DNA of 64,000 nt from assembly GCF_006345805.1 (NCBI RefSeq), contig NC_043002.1:37944001-38008000 (forward strand), given 5' to 3'. Source of the DNA: Octopus sinensis (lineage: Eukaryota). Every line of letters starts with the position of its first letter. Position 1 is the first letter of the stretch. The notes under the pieces were generated by a model. That model made no database searches. It had not been told where the DNA came from and saw nothing but the letters and a program-made list of their open reading frames with translations. This document shows positions 39,677 to 51,839 of this stretch, in pieces. Made by a program: the position numbers and the translations under genes.

Positions 39677-40601
39677 GTATGTATGTATGTATGTATGTAT
39701 GTATGTATGTGTGTATGTATGCATGTATGTATGTAGACAGAAAACTCATCTACATTTCCATAGATATTTTTCGCAACTTCGAAGCAGATTATTTTAAATG
39801 AGTGCGAATGAAGATTTTCTGAAACAAAAATTCTTAAATAAAGACATAAAGCTTCACGTTTAGAATGTTTGACAAATGAGGATGTTCATGACTTTTCCAG
39901 AGCATTAGTTTAAGTAATTGAAGTCATTTGGTCTGGGAAACCATCCATAGTGCATTTCCCGAAAGTTATTGATTAACCTTTCAGAAAGAATGAATGAAAT
40001 CAAGGCGAAACAAGGTTCGAAATTAACAATTTTAATTAATCAATGATTTACGTAACAACAATAGTCTCGCCAAAATGTTCCAATGTCCAATTAATTAGCT
40101 TAGTTTTGATAGAATACCAGCAAATTTACTTTATAATGAAATCTGTCTGCCAATTTCATTCCGACTGGCATAACTTCCATCTATTCAATTTATCCATCAG
40201 TTTTGTTCCGTTGGCACATATTTGGCCATCGTAAAAAGTAAAGAAGTTTTCTTACCTCCTATCAACAATATGTTGTATTAAAAAAAATATATAACAAGGC
40301 AAAAACAAAGCCATTGTTTTAGAGATGTTCTACTATATCAGCTTGGAGGTCTGGTATTATTTCTTAGCCTTATATAAGGGAATCTTTCGCTTTGTGAGGC
40401 TTCAAACCCGACTTGAAGAACGAAAAGGAATTCTGCCGATGTAGTCAAGTATGAATGCGTGCATACATAAATTTCTGAAACGCAAGGAATAAGATAATAT
40501 CTACGTAAATTTGAAGTAGATATATACGTCCATGTACACACTGATATACATAAGCGTACTTACACACACTAACACACACACACACACACACACCACACAC
40601 A

Positions 40602-40632
<31 letters not shown>

Positions 40633-40652
40633 CACAATATATATATATATAT

Positions 40653-40703
<51 letters not shown>

Positions 40704-40735
40704 GGAGAGAGAGAGATAGATAGATATAGATATAC

Positions 40736-40766
<31 letters not shown>

Positions 40767-41651
40767 TGTATGTATGTATGTATGTATGTGTGTATGTATG
40801 CATGTATGTATGTAGACAGAAAACTCATCTACATTTCCATAGATATTTTTCGCAACTTCGAAGCAGATTATTTTAAATGAGTGCGAATGAAGATTTTCTG
40901 AAACAAAAATTTCTTAAATAAAGACATAAAGCTTCACGTTTAGAATGTTTGACAAATGAGGATGTTCATGACTTTTCCAGAGCATTAGTTTAAGTAATTG
41001 AAGTCATTTGGTCTGGGAAACCATCCATAGTGCATTTCTCGAAAGTTATTGATTAACCTTTCAGAAAGAATGAATGAAATCAAGGCGAAACAAGGTTCGA
41101 AATTAACAATTTTAATTAATCAATGATTTACGTAACAACAATAGTCTCGCCAAAATGTTCCAATGTCCAATTAATTAGCTTAGTTTTGATAGAATACCAG
41201 CAAATTTACTTTATAATGAAATCTGTCTGCCAATTTCATTCCGACTGGCATAACTTCCATCTATTCAATTTATCCATCAGTTTTGTTCCGTTGGCACATA
41301 TTTGGCCATCGTAAAAAGTAAAGAAGTTTTCTTACCTCCTATCAACAATATGTTGTATTAAAAAAAATATATATAACAAGGCAAAAACAAAGCCATTGTT
41401 TTAGAGATGTTCTACTATATCAGCTTGGAGGTCTGGTATTATTTCTTAGCCTTATATAAGGGAATCTTTCGCTTTGTGAGGCTTCAAACCCGACTTGAAG
41501 AACGAAAAGGAATTCTGCCGATGTAGTCAAGTATGAATGCGTGCATACATAAATTTCTGAAACGCAAGGAATAAGATAATATCTACGTAAATTTGAAGTA
41601 GATATATACGTCCATGTACACACTGATATACATAAGCGTACTTACACACAC

Positions 41652-41698
<47 letters not shown>

Positions 41699-41745
41699 AC
41701 ACACACACACACCACACACACACACAATATATATATATATATATA
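39560..41745 (+). repeat. Tandem duplication of a ~1.08 kb segment
   Basis: Copy offset 1079-1082 (39735/40814, 40043/41123). Unique parts differ by about one substitution and small indels; ends lie in TA/GA/CA microsatellites. Confidence 0.95.
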
Positions 41746-42586
41746 TGCACAAAAGAAGGAGAGAGTTAGTGAGTGAGGAAGCAAGATAATTATTGAGAAA
41801 TATGGTCTCTGTACCTACTTACTTTATCATAATTATAAATTATTCTGTAATTAGCTTCAGAAATTTCCCTTGTAGATGGGTTAAAAATTTATAGTATAAA
41901 TCCAGCAATATCACGGCATTTATGATATTCTGAGCAGACAGAGAGTGGAAGAATAGACACTTGTAAGAGTATATTGCTCATATTCCAAGTATCTGTGGTA
42001 ATTAATCAGAGATCGATCTCTTAGAAATTTAAGATACTCTAGATCGCGATATCAGGAATAATTCTACACAATAAATCAGAAATGTTTAGTAATGATAGGC
42101 ACTTTGTTTGATGTCTAGCGTTTAGGGATAACAAAAGAAACATTACAAGAGCTGGTGGCCTAATTGGTTTTCATGTAATGGAAGGTGCTTTGGATTTTGC
42201 AGGCATATGTGTACGTGATGGTGAAACTGGTGACGGGAGTAAAGACAGTTTCCTTTGTGTTTTGCTGAGTGTATGCAATGTTGAGTTATATGTTAAGCGA
42301 GTAAGTAACGCAGAAGCTTTCTCCGCGGTAGCACTACTAAGAGGAACCTCATATTTGCAGAGTAGAGGTAAGAGAATTCTGTAAAGATATTAAAGATTCT
42401 TTGGCAAGGAGCCACATTGCCTAAAACCTGCGCCTTTAATTTGAGAGAGAGAAGCGTTTTCGGAAGATCTTCCCAAACACTAAGGAAAAAATTGTTGGAT
42501 GATAGTCTTCTTAGAGTTCTGGTCGTCGGTAGAAACTATCTACTTGGTAGACGTTAGTGATTTATTATATATATATCCAAGCATAT

Positions 42587-42920
42587 GTGAAGGCGCATGG
42601 CTCAGTGGTCAGAGCGTCGAGCGTACGATTGTGAGGTTGTGAGTTCGAATCCCGGATCGGGCTGCATGATGTATTCTTGAGCAAGACACTTTATTTCACG
42701 TTGCTTCAGTTCACTCAGCTGTAGAAATGAGTTGCGACATCACAGGTGCCAAGCTGTATCGGCCTTTACCTTTCCCTTGGATAACACTGGTGGCGCGGAG
42801 AGGGGAGGCCGGTATGCATGGGCAACTGCTGGTCTTCCATAAACAACTTTGTCCGAACTTGTGTCTAGGAGGGTAACTTTCTAGGTGCAATCCCACGGTC
42901 AGTCATGACCGAAGGGAGTT
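42587..42920 (+). mobile_element. SINE family D, full length
   Basis: A box TGGCTCAGTGG and B box GAGTTCGAATCCC; body matches 35263 and 30080. Confidence 0.85.
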
Positions 42921-44929
42921 TCAATTCAAGCATATGTTTCATCACCGGTACGCTAGGGATAGTCAGCATACAACTGTTAGTTCATTTGATTTGCCAGTGG
43001 AGGTCTCGGATTAATTTGAAATTGCAATGATTAGGCAGGATTAAGCAGTTGTTTAACACATCTAGAGAGTAAATGTGTCCAGATACGACGCGCATATTTT
43101 ATTTCTTTCTTTAAATTTTGTATCGCAATCTGTAGCCATTCGCCTCGGTTTAAACAAGCCAGTAAGTGACACGCTACGTTTCTGACTGTGGCAGTTATAC
43201 AGAAAGATCTATATCACTGTAGATCAATAGTTTAAGACAACTTCTAAATGTAAAGCACCATCTGCTCTTCAGTTTCCTGAGCGACGTGTAAATCATTCTG
43301 CGAATGATATAAGCACACACGCACACAATGAGACAATCATATATACACACATATATACAACTGCATGCATACACCCATACACATGCAGACGTATGCATAA
43401 ATGCCTACACACATATATGTCTTTGTGTGTGTTTGCATGTATATATACTTGACGTCATAAAATTTAGAACTTTCGAGAGCGTGGGAGAATTCTGTTTAAA
43501 AACGGACAATCTCGAAGAAGTTAAAGCTATAAATCCTTTCTACTATAGGCACAAAGACTGAAAAGATAAAGCTATAAATAAAGGCGAGTAAATTTTAGGT
43601 TGATATATCTTTTTAATAGAAAAGTCGATATATGTATTGAGAGAGGTGGCAGAGGGGGTGAGAAAGATTAAAAATACACATACACACGTACATACATATG
43701 TATATAAGCGAATTCATATAGACATAGAGAAAGAGAGAGGGCGAGGGGGAGAGAAATAATATGGATTGAATTACATGAATCGAATTCCGCTCTCTTTGTA
43801 AATTACTACACCAGCAGAACGTCAAAATGTCTATTCACATTGGGAGCCTTTAACCTAAGGAGCTACATATCCTCATATGACAGATTTCTGTACAGTTTCC
43901 ACAACGGTCATGCTAGGCTTCAACAGAAGACGTCTGCCTAAGCTATACCACTATGAGATTGAACGCGGAAGTACACTGTTGCGAAGTACACATAGTCATG
44001 AAGCCACACACATACATAATCACCACGTACTCACGTATCCGAACATACATGACTTACATTTTAATGTGTAAATGAAGAAACGGATTCATTTTGATTAATA
44101 GATAAGCATACACTACACTCAAAAGTTTGTAATCCTCTGTTGTGGCATGAAGCCAGTTCTTTTCCACGAATACCACAGTCGTTTGAGTTTAGCCCTGTAT
44201 TCATAATGATATATTGGTATATCGATCCCGGTGATCCTATAATTAGCTGAACAAGACTAAACACTATGAAATCCTCAATCCATTGTTTTATAATTTTAGC
44301 CAATCCGCCACCTACATACCCCCTGTAATCATTAACATTGATCATGAATTCAGATTATTACAAATGCATTCAGAAGATGATAAAGTAAATAAAATAATCG
44401 ACCTGCTTAATATGATGGTAAAAATATACGCATTTATATAAATGTAAGTGAAAAGAAATATATCAATATTATATATAATAATATATTTGTTCAATAACAT
44501 ATCAAAATAATTTTCATATAGGCTCAATTTGCTAAAATATGTCTGCAGGGAATGGCTAGAGCTGAATGATCCAACCGCATTAAATGACTGATACTTATTT
44601 TATTGACAAAAAAAATAACGATGACAAGTAACCGTTTGTCAGATTTAGATTTGAACACAAGATTGCGAAAAAAGTATGCCTTCTTGTACTATTTTGGTCT
44701 CTGTCATATAAGTTATCAAAAGTTTTAAGCAGTGTCATTTTAGTAGTTAATTCGCTGAAGAAGGTCATATAATGCAAGGATTTATTCCGCAAATAGTCAA
44801 CTAAAAAATGTAGATATATCCTATATGTTCTTCTGTAGCTGATTTATTCAGCTCCACATTACATATCACTTCACCCTATCATTCCATGCAATATTTATTG
44901 CTACTCTCCTTTGAATGTCAGAAATGAAG

Positions 44930-45080
44930 ATGCATGGCATAGTATTTAAAGTCACCGTCACACGGTCACCATACAGTCACCATCATACGGTCCTCGGTTC
45001 GATTTCTGAGACACTAGCACGTTGTATCCTTGAACAAGGCATTCCACTTCTCGACGCTCCAGTCAACTCAAATGAAATGA
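44930..45080 (+). mobile_element. SINE family D, highly diverged
   Basis: GGTTCGATTTC..GTTGTATCCTTGAACAAG..GCTCCAGTCAACTCA. Confidence 0.55.
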
Positions 45081-45411
45081 ATCCTCACTGAGTGTTGGTG
45101 CAGCCTTCTATTCTTCCTGATGTCACATCTTGATTGTTCTGGTGGATCATATGTAAGGAGTCTAGAAGTTGTTTTTGTCTGCTCCGCTCTACAGAAGAAC
45201 ATAAAACACATAATGCAAGATCAGTGTATGCTAATAAGTTATAATTTCTTGCAAAAGATGGTTACGGTTTAATGTGATAGCAAAAATACCATTAGGAATT
45301 ATTTCTCTAGACCTTATTTGTCTTCGAAATTTGAAGGTACTCTCGGCAAAGCTTCTTTATTTTCAGAATTAGGAGGCATAAGTAAATAATGATACACGCC
45401 ATAAATATTAC

Positions 45412-45489
45412 CAGAGCCTTCAAGAATTGTCTTCTTTCATCCATTTCTAGAATAAACATATTTAACAAGTCTATGAATTCCTTGAGCAG
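45412..45489 (-). CDS. Candidate 78-nt host exon, LLKEFIDLLNMFILEMDERRQFLKAL (phase 0)
   Basis: Acceptor TTTTTGCCTGTTTTTGTAAAATTCGCTTCCAG, donor CTG|GTAATA, open frame. No recognised homology. Confidence 0.3.
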
Positions 45490-47181
45490 CTGGAAGCGAA
45501 TTTTACAAAAACAGGCAAAAAATGTTTTAACTTTCACTTCTAAAATATTTTCCTTTTGCTCGAGTTGTCTAGTTGTTTTCTGTCCGGAAAAAAAACGTCA
45601 ATACTGAAAAGTTACTCATAATTATGTTACACGAAGAACATTTATTTGAAAGGCCTTAAAACTAGTGCAAAAATTTGCCTTCATCAAAATTTGCTGCACT
45701 GTGACAGCAACCTCATGAATATATTGCCTAATATATAAACCGGGTCTAGGAATTTTGTTTTTCAGTTATAGTCACTTATTCAAGCCTAGCCAGTTGCTGA
45801 AACACTACAAAGCTAAAAGTGAGATGCACAGTACAGAATTTTAGCCCTAAACACAACAACGGTGCAACTATAAATGCAAAAAATATTCGATTAGTTTTCA
45901 AAAACTCGCTAAGATACAGAAAACTACAACTGTAAATCACGTTTTAAGCACATAATTCAGCCTCACATACTGAAAATACTTACTCGCAAAAGCAACAGAT
46001 ACGCTTAAGGCTAATAGCGACTTATGCCATTTATAACTTAACAGCGCCAATTTTATACAATATCAAAATACTATAAATTGTCTGTTGCTTAGTGAATAGA
46101 CATTCAGTTAATATGGCAATGAAGGTTGAACGTTACCTGATACAGACTGTTTCTAATGCTGCACACATTACTATAATGTCGGGCGAAAAATATTATATGA
46201 ATTCAGTGGCGTTTTCTATCTAAATATAAAATATCTAAATTTAAACAAATGCATTAAAACATCGTATTACGACAATAAACAGTCGAAAGAAATTAAACGA
46301 AAGAAGTAGTTAAGATTAAGTATAAAATACGTCGATATTTGTAATATACATATTTTTGTATGTATGTTTCTTTTTTGTTTTTTAACATTTAAATTTTTCC
46401 TGTAAAGAAGGAGTTGGCCTCTAAGGAAGATACAATGCTCCATCATTAGAAAGTAGATAAAAGTCACATTTTAAACTTGAAAAACATCTTGCATAATTTT
46501 ACTGTTCCGCTTACAGACTGTATATATCTAATGTCTATGTCAGCTGGTTGATTTATTTATCTTAAAATCCAAGCTAATTCAGATTGACAATTAGGTATTT
46601 ACTTACAAAACCAAGTGCTCCAATTATTATGGGTATAAATATACATTTGTAATCCGGATATACAAGCTGGAAGCTTCGAAGCAGTTGTCCAAAGTTATCT
46701 ATTTTTTCTTTGATTTTCAGAGAAATATTTTCATCAGCAGGACAGCTGACTTCTGCGACGGTACAAACGTTTTTTTTGTCAGTCCCAAATAAGAATATCA
46801 GGCCTTATGTTTTCACTTGACACATGTTTTGATGGCAATGTTCCACCAGTATTCCTTGTACTGATATTTATATTAATATTCAATAGCAGATGGATTCTCT
46901 GTATCTGTTCTAGGACTTCCTTTTTCGAGAGGCATTGTGTGAATGCATGAATGAATGTATATATATGTATGCATGTATGTATGTATGTATGTTTGTATGT
47001 ATGTATGTATGTATGTATGTATGTATGTATGTATGTATGTACGTATGTGTGTAAGCATGAATGTTTGTATGTATGCATGCATGAATGTTTGTATGTATGC
47101 ATGCATATATATATATATATATTATATATATATATATATATATGTATGCATGCATATATATAATATATATATATATATATA

Positions 47182-47442
47182 TCGGATTTTGGTAATTTGT
47201 GCCTTTCGAAACACGTGTAGAATGAAATAAAACGATTTCTGTTCAATCTGCGTTCAGCTCCATTTCTTCAATTCACCAATAATGTTTTAATTTCAATTAT
47301 CCGCACCAACGCACGGTTGCAACGCCAGATGGTTGTACCTCCAACCGTGCTGTTTACTGCTGTGATTTTTGCTACTAAGGTATCGGTTAACTTTTGATTA
47401 ATCTACAACAAGATTATTCATCTTTCTATTTCACATAATACA
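47182..47442 (+). repeat. 5' pseudo-LTR (truncated copy of the element 3' end)
   Basis: Identical to 50801-51059 except two single-base indels (CGTTCAGC/CGTCAGC, CTACAACAAG/CTACACAAG). Confidence 0.95.
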
Positions 47443-47484
47443 TACCGCTTCGTCAAGAAACTGCTACTTTAACCGATACCAATA

Positions 47485-50167
47485 ATGGAGTTGTTCGAGA
47501 TTGATGCGTCCCTTAAGGATATTCCTATACCACCAAGGATGCCTTCCTTAAGGAGTTGGTTTGTAAAACCAACGCATTCATAAACCGGATAAGATGGCTC
47601 ATTTTCTTCCACGAGAACGAAGATCTAAAATCGAACCGAACAACGGCATCGTCCGAATACGGCCGGCTTTTTAAAACATTGGATACGCCGCCTCCGAACC
47701 CAAGACTGAAGAAGTTTGAGGACGACTTGTGGGACATAGTTAGAAAGATTAAGTTCAGGAAGTCACCCAGGAGAAATGCCCACCTCAGATACCTAGATAA
47801 AATTACCAAGGACATTAATAGATCGGACGGAGTCCTGGTCCAGTCCGACAAGACCAGGAACACATACAAGATGCCCATTAAGGAGTACCTAGATTTACTC
47901 GGTAAAGAGATCAAGAAAAATTATAGAAAAACCAATTGGAGTACCCTGAGGAAGGTAAACTTGGAAATTAAGGAAATAATATTTAAACACCGAATTCAAA
48001 TGAGAACTCAGCCGCTTAGCCCCAAGCAACCCAGATTTATAGTGAAGGACCATAAGCCTAACTTCCACACCAACCCAGCGCTAAGACTCATATGCCCTGC
48101 TAGATCTGATATCGGGATAATCAGTAAGTACATTTTAGATAAATATATCCCTAGTTTAGTAAACAAGCTGAAGCTCAGCCTCTGGGCCAACTCCTCCCAG
48201 GTAGTGAAGTGGTTCTCTTCCATCCCCAATAAGAACCGTACTAGGTTCATTCAGTTTGATATCGCCAGCTTCCTACCCCTCGATTAACCCTAGTGTGCTA
48301 AATAAGGCCCTCTGGCATGCTCACAACAAGGCTGGCCTCACCAGAGAAGAGATAGATATCATTTTAGTTGCCAGGAAATCGTTTATTAAGTTTGATAATA
48401 AGTTGTGGATCCGTAAAAATACTCCCAATGAATTTGATGTGCCTATGGGTAGTTCGGGTAGTGCGCAGATAGCCGATTTAGTCGGTATATATATTCTCTA
48501 CGAATTGTCCGACCAATTCCCGGAGATCGCGGGCGCCTGTATCGTGACAATTGTCTGTTTTACCTGCAAAACACCACGAACAGAATAGTGCAGAAAACTA
48601 AGAGCAGGTTAGCTAGGTTTTTTAATAGAATGGGCATGAGTATAGTTTTTGATAATGAACTCACCAAGGCTAATTCCTAGACGTTACACTTAACCTTAAT
48701 AGCGACTCATACTGCCCTTACCATAAGCCTTCCACTAATTTGAAGTATGTCAGTGTCTTCTCAAATCATGCCAAAACCGTAACAGACAATTGGTTAAAAA
48801 CATCTCTCTAAGATTGTCTGGCTTGTCCGCCAGTGCCGATATTTTTATGCAGAAAGCGGAATTTTATAACGCCGCACTGTCCAAGGCCGGTTATAGGCAG
48901 AAGGTAATTTATATTGATCCGGCCCTTCCGATGCCATCATTCGGTCATCAGGATAGGGCCGTATATAATAACATTAACATTTTAAGTAAGGACGGGAGCG
49001 CGGCGGATGCCAGGGTAGTCGCTCCCGCATTTAATTTAGCGAACAAGGATAATTATCGGTCCGGGAGGTCTTACACTAACCCAAGACCCGTTATTTATCC
49101 GAGAATCACCCACCAGAGTGCGAGAGCTAGCGTCCCGACCCATCACACTGATAGGAATAAGCATATATGGTTTGTAATCCCCTTGGTAAGCAGATTAGAA
49201 CTAACCTCCCCCTCTTGTTTAGACAAGCCATCGCCAATAACTTCCCCAGAAATTCCAAATATTACTCCACAGGTTAACTCACATAAAGTTAGGATAGCTT
49301 TCTCCAACACTAAAAACCTCGCCCAGATAATCGCCTCCCATAATAATAGGCTACTTACTAAGACCCTATCACCTTTTTCCGGAGGCACAGCCTCTTCCGC
49401 TCCCGGTTCAATGCTCAGTAGGAATAATTATAGTAGTAATAATGATATGAGAGCCAGTACAGTGACACATAATCTCAGCTCCAGCCAGGGAGTACCCACT
49501 AGGGGTATAGTTATAAATAGGGGTGTTGTGGTTGACGGTAACATGGGAGTAGGGTAGAGAGCCCCAATAGCAACCCCAGCATCATTTCCCGCAATAGCAG
49601 CACCACGGGCACTAGCAATGACAGTACTCTGATAGATAGTGGAGAATCAGGGGTTATTCCTATAGTTAATAGTGACGTAGTGGAAAATAGAGTAGTAAGC
49701 GGCTGCAGGTCTCGGAACGAATATAGTGACAGGAACGCAGTTCTAATTTCAGAAACTAATCCTAGCAGATTAAGATTTACGTCGGCGAACTCCAAGATCA
49801 AAAACGCCGTCTACCAATGCAAGGTTTACACGGACTCAGATGTCTTCACTTATGTAGGGGCATCATCCTCAAGATTGTCTTTGCGTGTCTCCAATCATTA
49901 CGCAACTTTTCGGGACGTGAACAAGCGCCAGACCACGGGACTCAGTAAGCTAATATGGCGACTGAAGGATACGAACTTAAGCTACAGGCTGGAATGGTCA
50001 ATTTTGTCGGTGGCCCTCCCATTTGATAGGGGCAGAAGACAGTGTAACCTTTGTGTCTCCGAACTCTTCCATATTTTGTTTGCCAGAGGCCGGATGGTAA
50101 AGGGCTCTTACAGTCGGCTTTTCGATGCCCCCATTGGCGGCGTTACACTTATCTGGCTTTTAAATAG
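47485..50167 (+). pseudogene. PLE polyprotein (RT plus GIY-YIG), about 890 codons after frame correction
   Basis: SLKDIPIP, FINRIRW, KPNF..NP..RLICPA.SDIG, FIQFDI..FYPSI, FDVPMGS, LYRDN, NFLDVTL, SNH, IWF.NP, IIASHN, NAVYQCKV..YVG, RVSNH..TF, LSKLIW.LK, CNLCVSE; several +/-1 frameshifts. Confidence 0.93.
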
Positions 50168-50757
50168 CGTTTATAAATAATACCGGCACCCATAGCCCTT
50201 GGTAACAAATTCTGAAATAGCCTTTAAGATATCTACGATTATCCACTGCAAGGGGAATTACTCCTGTAAGACAAACGGGGCTTGGTTTTTTTCACAGCGG
50301 GGGGTTTCCTTGACAAGGCAGGCTCAGATGAACACACACACACATAAAACATAATATATATATATTTTTTTCTTTCTGCCACCCAACGGTTATCACGGCA
50401 GTAGCCACTGACACGAACGATCAAACGCACACACGTACACAAAAAGTGTTTTCTACCCCTACGCCAACACACATATATAGAACAGTATACACACACACAC
50501 GTCTCTAAGTAGATTTTTTCTCGCCCCTTATAAAACATCCAATATTCCTTAAATAGTCAGAACTTTATTCTCGGTCACTAAGAACATCTATACACCCTCA
50601 CCCACATGATTGACCGATGCCTGACCTGTAGAATTCTTCAGCCACCGGTTCTCAGCATACACTGATAAACAGTTTCGCCATGGGCTCTTAGGAGCATAGT
50701 TCGATTTGTTTTTGCTCCGCCTCTGTTCTGTTTTTGTTTCTCTAACGGATTTCCTTT

Positions 50758-50846
50758 TTTCTTCCTGAAGAGAAAGACACAATATGGTCCCATTATTCAA
50801 TCGGATTTTGGTAATTTGTGCCTTTCGAAACACGTGTAGAATGAAA
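50758..50846 (+). ncRNA. Type I hammerhead ribozyme in the PLE 3' region
   Basis: Helix I TTTCTTC/GAA-t-GAAA; CTGAAGA 50765-71; helix II GAAAG-a-CACAA/TTGTG-c-CTTTC with a ~33-nt loop; GAAA 50827-30; palindromic helix III CACGTG; GUA site with cleavage after 50838. Confidence 0.85.
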
Positions 50847-51051
50847 TAAAACGATTTCTGTTCAATCTGCGTCAGCTCCATTTCTTCAATTCACCAATAA
50901 TGTTTTAATTTCAATTATCCGCACCAACGCACGGTTGCAACGCCAGATGGTTGTACCTCCAACCGTGCTGTTTACTGCTGTGATTTTTGCTACTAAGGTA
51001 TCGGTTAACTTTTGATTAATCTACACAAGATTATTCATCTTTCTATTTCAC

Positions 51052-51059
<8 letters not shown>
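50801..51059 (+). repeat. 3' pseudo-LTR
   Basis: Direct repeat of 47182-47442, followed by (TA)n. Confidence 0.95.
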
Positions 51060-51090
<31 letters not shown>

Positions 51091-51791
51091 TTAGAGACAA
51101 AACCACTATTTTGCAAAACAACAAGGAAAGACTTAATCAATACATAAAATTTTAATAATAATATATTTACTATAAATTGATTTAATCCTAAATCTGATTT
51201 TTTCCCTGTAAATTTGGATTTATTCCCTAATATTTATTATATATTATATATATTAATATATTATATATATATATATAATATATTATATATATATATATAT
51301 ATATATTATATAGCAATTAAGGACAACTACTAATAAGGAAAACTTGAAATTGTCAGGTAGATAGCGTAAAAACCTCATAAGAGAAAAAATTTCGAAAATA
51401 ATTATTTCTTATTGAACATTTATTTATATATAGAGGGCATTATACATACATGCCGGAAGGCATTATACATACATGCCAAACGTTAAGAGGGACAATTAGT
51501 CATTTCTACCAAAAATATTACTAATCCCACCGAATGCAATTTTTCAAAGTAAGACATTTAAAAAAATATCTACCTGACAATTTCTTGTTAAGTTTTCCTT
51601 ATTAAGTAGTTGTCCTTAATTGCTAAATTTTTATTCCGAAAAAACTTTTCCTCTCCCGAAATGCAATTCGTAAAAGTTTGCCATTTATCCGGATGTAATA
51701 TATGTAAACTCACCCATGTGCTTCGTTGATGTCGAGCAGTTAGCTGATCGGCTTAAGCGGGGCAGGGTCGTTGTTTATTTATAATACATTG

Positions 51792-51839
51792 AGGCCTGCT
51801 GATGAGTACGTAATTATGAAATCACTGTGATACAGGTCT
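51792..51839 (+). ncRNA. Type I hammerhead ribozyme, copy 1
   Basis: AGGCCTG-CTGATGA-GTAC-gtaa-TTAT-GAAA-TCAC-t-GTGA-TA-CAGGTCT; one mismatch in helix II. Confidence 0.8.

Larger units (their letters stand above)
47182..51059 (+). mobile_element. Penelope-like retroelement with C-terminal GIY-YIG endonuclease, near full length, in (TA)n
   Basis: ~260-bp direct repeats (47182-47442 and 50801-51059) flank one long broken ORF and a 3' region carrying an HHR. TA runs lie at both ends. Confidence 0.95.

Noticed and set aside
43245-43285. Minus-strand CTGAAGA-GCA..TGC
   Set aside because: No GAAA after the short stem.
50655-50700. Minus-strand CCTAAGA-GCC-cat-GGC-GAAA-CTG..CAG
   Set aside because: Two core substitutions, G at the H position and no helix I; the true PLE HHR is at 50758 on the + strand.
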